From Basidiobolus meristosporus CBS 931.73 (taxonomy: Eukaryota; Fungi; Basidiobolomycota): a stretch of DNA of 64,000 bases. The position numbers and the translations under genes were made by a program. Positions within the stretch are counted from its first letter, which is position 1. Every line of letters begins with the position of its first letter. The DNA is taken from NCBI GenBank assembly GCA_002104905.1, contig MCFE01000247.1, positions 1 to 64,000 on the forward strand. The letters are read 5' to 3'. Positions 61,863 to 64,000 of this stretch are shown here, piece by piece. Below the pieces are notes generated by a model that searched no databases, was not told the origin of the DNA, and saw only the letters and a program-made list of their open reading frames with translations.

Positions 61863-63108
61863 TTACATCCACTCCAAAGCCAGGATCTCTCTTCTGACCC
61901 GTTCTTCCACGGTGTATACAGTGGTTACCTTGAATTGAGCCTCACGTTCAACGAGTTGTCGGAAAAGGAGAACGCTTCCATTACACCCAAAGTACATGGA
62001 TTTGGCCGCAACATAGGCAACACCGCCACGCTTCAGCAACGCCTTGATAAGATTGTAGAGTTTCAAGTGGGACTCGACAGAGTAGATGGTCTCGGAGGTA
62101 AGCAAGACGTCGTACTTGTCCTCTTCGCTGAGATTCAACAAGGCCTAATCGAACGTGATTAATGAAGGGACCACAAGTTAAGCACGCCATTGGAGCACTC
62201 TACCGGTAGGGACTCCCAATCTCCGGAAAAGAAGCGGGTTCGTTTGGAAAGCTCCTGCAAGACTTGCTTCTCGTCAGCATCTTCGATATCCTGCTCGATC
62301 AAGCCATTGACTAGATCCGAGTCTGGTTGGGGGCGTGTCACAGTGTTGACCATAACGTTAGGGATGGTGATCAATCTAAGGACCTGCTCATTATAATCCT
62401 GCATATGGACAGCACATGTTTGATGCTGTACAAGGCAGTAGAGCGAGGGTAGCGAGGATCCACACCCTATCTAAATCCAGCCACGAATCAGCAAAGGCCC
62501 TAGGATGGATCGAGGAAACCTACTCACCTCGAACACCTTCTTGTCATCGAAAAAGTTTTTTGGAAGTTGGGTGGACATGAAGCGAACCAGATCGACGGAG
62601 CATTCCCAGGTCTTGAAGCCACCTGTACATATCACATAAGTTAACCAAAGCTGCGGGTCGTTCTCGGGCCACCAGCTTGACGCTAACCTTCATAAACACC
62701 GGCCACCAGATCGGAATTGTCTTCCAAACCAACAATGTTCTTTTGCTCGCCGTTCTCGATCTGATCCTCTTGGGCAAGTTGGAATTTGACGTCAGATAAA
62801 TGACGTTTGTAGATGGGCTGGAGGTCTTGAGCGAACAAAATGGGTTCAACAACTATGTTCGTGGGCTACAACAATGTCAGCACCATTTCTGAGAAACCCC
62901 TTCAGAGAAAAGTGACCGCTCTCTTACCAAAGGGAGTATGACCTCCGGAGAGACTTCGCGGCTGGACTCGTAAGAAATAGAAACCTCAGGGTTTACTTGA
63001 TCGACGCTATCATCGTCATCCTAGGGTGCAGGGAAGTTGAGCCAGAGCGCCTTTTGTGAAGCATGTCGGGGACAAAGTGCCACTTACCACAAAGTCGAAG
63101 CGAAACAT
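61863..63108 (-). CDS. HPM1: Histidine protein methyltransferase, Hpm1/METTL18-like, about 311 aa; exons 63108-63088, 63020-62928, 62865-62688, 62622-62528, 62470-62204, 62144-61863
   Basis: MFRFDF start, YKRHLSDVKFQLAQED, DLVAGVYEGGFKTWECSVDL, EIGCGSSLP (SAM motif I), QDYNEQV, FFSGDW, YDVLLTSETIY, VAAKSMYFG. Five GT-AG introns of 57-67 bp give an in-frame 936 nt CDS. Confidence 0.9.
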
Positions 63109-63501
63109 TGTACTAAGGTCAAATAGGCGAACCCAGAAGCCTCGAAAACCCCATTTCAATATGGAATATAACCCGATGGTTTTTTTTATCCGGTTTGACG
63201 AAAGGCTGTTTAATCTGATTGCCTGCTCACATCTGTGATTAGTTTCACGACGAAGTAGGCAAGATCCATTTTTCTTTTGAACCAAATCCGGATTTTTCTT
63301 CACCGATACCATGCAAATCTGCTAGGATGCAAATTGAGGCTATATTGCACACTATGCAGTCCGAGGATTCTTCTATCGTCCGTAAACGCTCCATTATCAA
63401 CGAGATCGGTTGTGTTTGTTGGTAAATGAGGAATGGAATTATTTATTCAATCAAAAAGTATATGTATATGAAAGTTGTTGGGGCGAATTATTACACTGCG
63501 C

Positions 63502-64000
63502 TTATGAGGCTTCTTCCATCTTGGTATCGGTATCATTGCATGTCTCCTTGACATTTTTCGCAATGAGATAGGTGAAGGGAAGGGACACGGTGAACAGTGC
63601 CCAGGACACGATCAGCTGGATCAAGAAGCTGGTGTTGACTGCGTCGATTCTCCAGGCAATGGCTGCTCCAGCAGATTGCATTCCCTTGTAGTAACCGGCA
63701 TATCTGGCCAAGATGGTCGAGTCGTTGGACATGGCTCCCATGATCCAGTAGGCGTAGGTCTGGAGGGCAGCATCGCAGATACCATAGCAGACATACAGCA
63801 CCCACTTGGGCCAGAAGGCCCCGGCATCATTGATGAAGTCGATATCCTTGGGGTGATCCTCGCGGGTGTATTGAAGCTGCAGAGCAAGACCTCCACCCCA
63901 GGTGGCGGTGAACAGGATCCCGACGCCAGCAAGTCCGTACAAAGCTCTGGTTCTTCTGCCGAAGCGGGGGGTATCAAGGAACGCACCCAAGATGTATGCT
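63502..64000 (-). CDS. UNC-93-like MFS membrane protein, 3' part (5' end lies outside the window)
   Basis: Hydrophobic helices plus YGICDAALQTYAYWIMGAMSND-x-ARYAGYYKGMQSAGAAIAWRID, typical of fungal UNC-93-like proteins; frame open to the window edge. Confidence 0.85.
   Translation of the reverse strand, partial: AYILGAFLDTPRFGRRTRALYGLAGVGILFTATWGGGLALQLQYTREDHPKDIDFINDAGAFWPKWVLYVCYGICDAALQTYAYWIMGAMSNDSTILARYAGYYKGMQSAGAAIAWRIDAVNTSFLIQLIVSWALFTVSLPFTYLIAKNVKETCNDTDTKMEEAS

Noticed and set aside
61525-61872. 115-aa ORF between HPM1 and verprolin
   Set aside because: No motif; lies in the intergenic/UTR interval and overlaps the HPM1 stop.
63016-63312. 98-aa ORF as a possible HPM1 start
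   Set aside because: A spliced model from ATG 63108 with canonical introns and a family-typical MFRFDF start explains the region better.
1-64000. CRISPR arrays, rRNA or tRNA genes, prokaryotic operons
   Set aside because: None seen; all repeats resolve as TE copies, LTRs or TIRs, and the host genes are intron-containing eukaryotic genes.

Overview
Eukaryotic, very probably fungal, genomic DNA: short 57-91 bp GT-AG introns, fungal-type verprolin, Hpm1 and UNC-93-like genes, and retrotransposon primer sites matching the yeast-type initiator tRNA-Met anticodon arm. About 1-58,470 is one strongly CpG-depleted block of nested transposable elements. It holds three Ty1/copia families (A, B, D), including one intact, very young element (31080-35766; LTRs differ at 1 of 350 nt). 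It also holds at least five decayed copies of an En/Spm (CACTA/CMC)-type DNA transposon whose ends read CCCTA and which carries a divergent second ORF; a 3.4 kb PHIS (PIF/Harbinger-ISL2EU-like) DDE transposon and a 733 bp near-perfect hairpin MITE with the same termini; Ty3/gypsy pol debris; and several solo LTRs. Four target-site duplications are split across swapped or inverted flanks, showing that 20982-26583 was inverted by recombination between two oppositely oriented copia-B elements. About 59,940-64,000 is CpG-normal and gene-dense, with three minus-strand host genes: verprolin/WIP (5 exons), Hpm1/METTL18-like methyltransferase (6 exons) and the 3' end of an UNC-93-like MFS protein. No rRNA, tRNA or CRISPR array was seen. 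All alignments were done by eye; boundaries of decayed elements are approximate.
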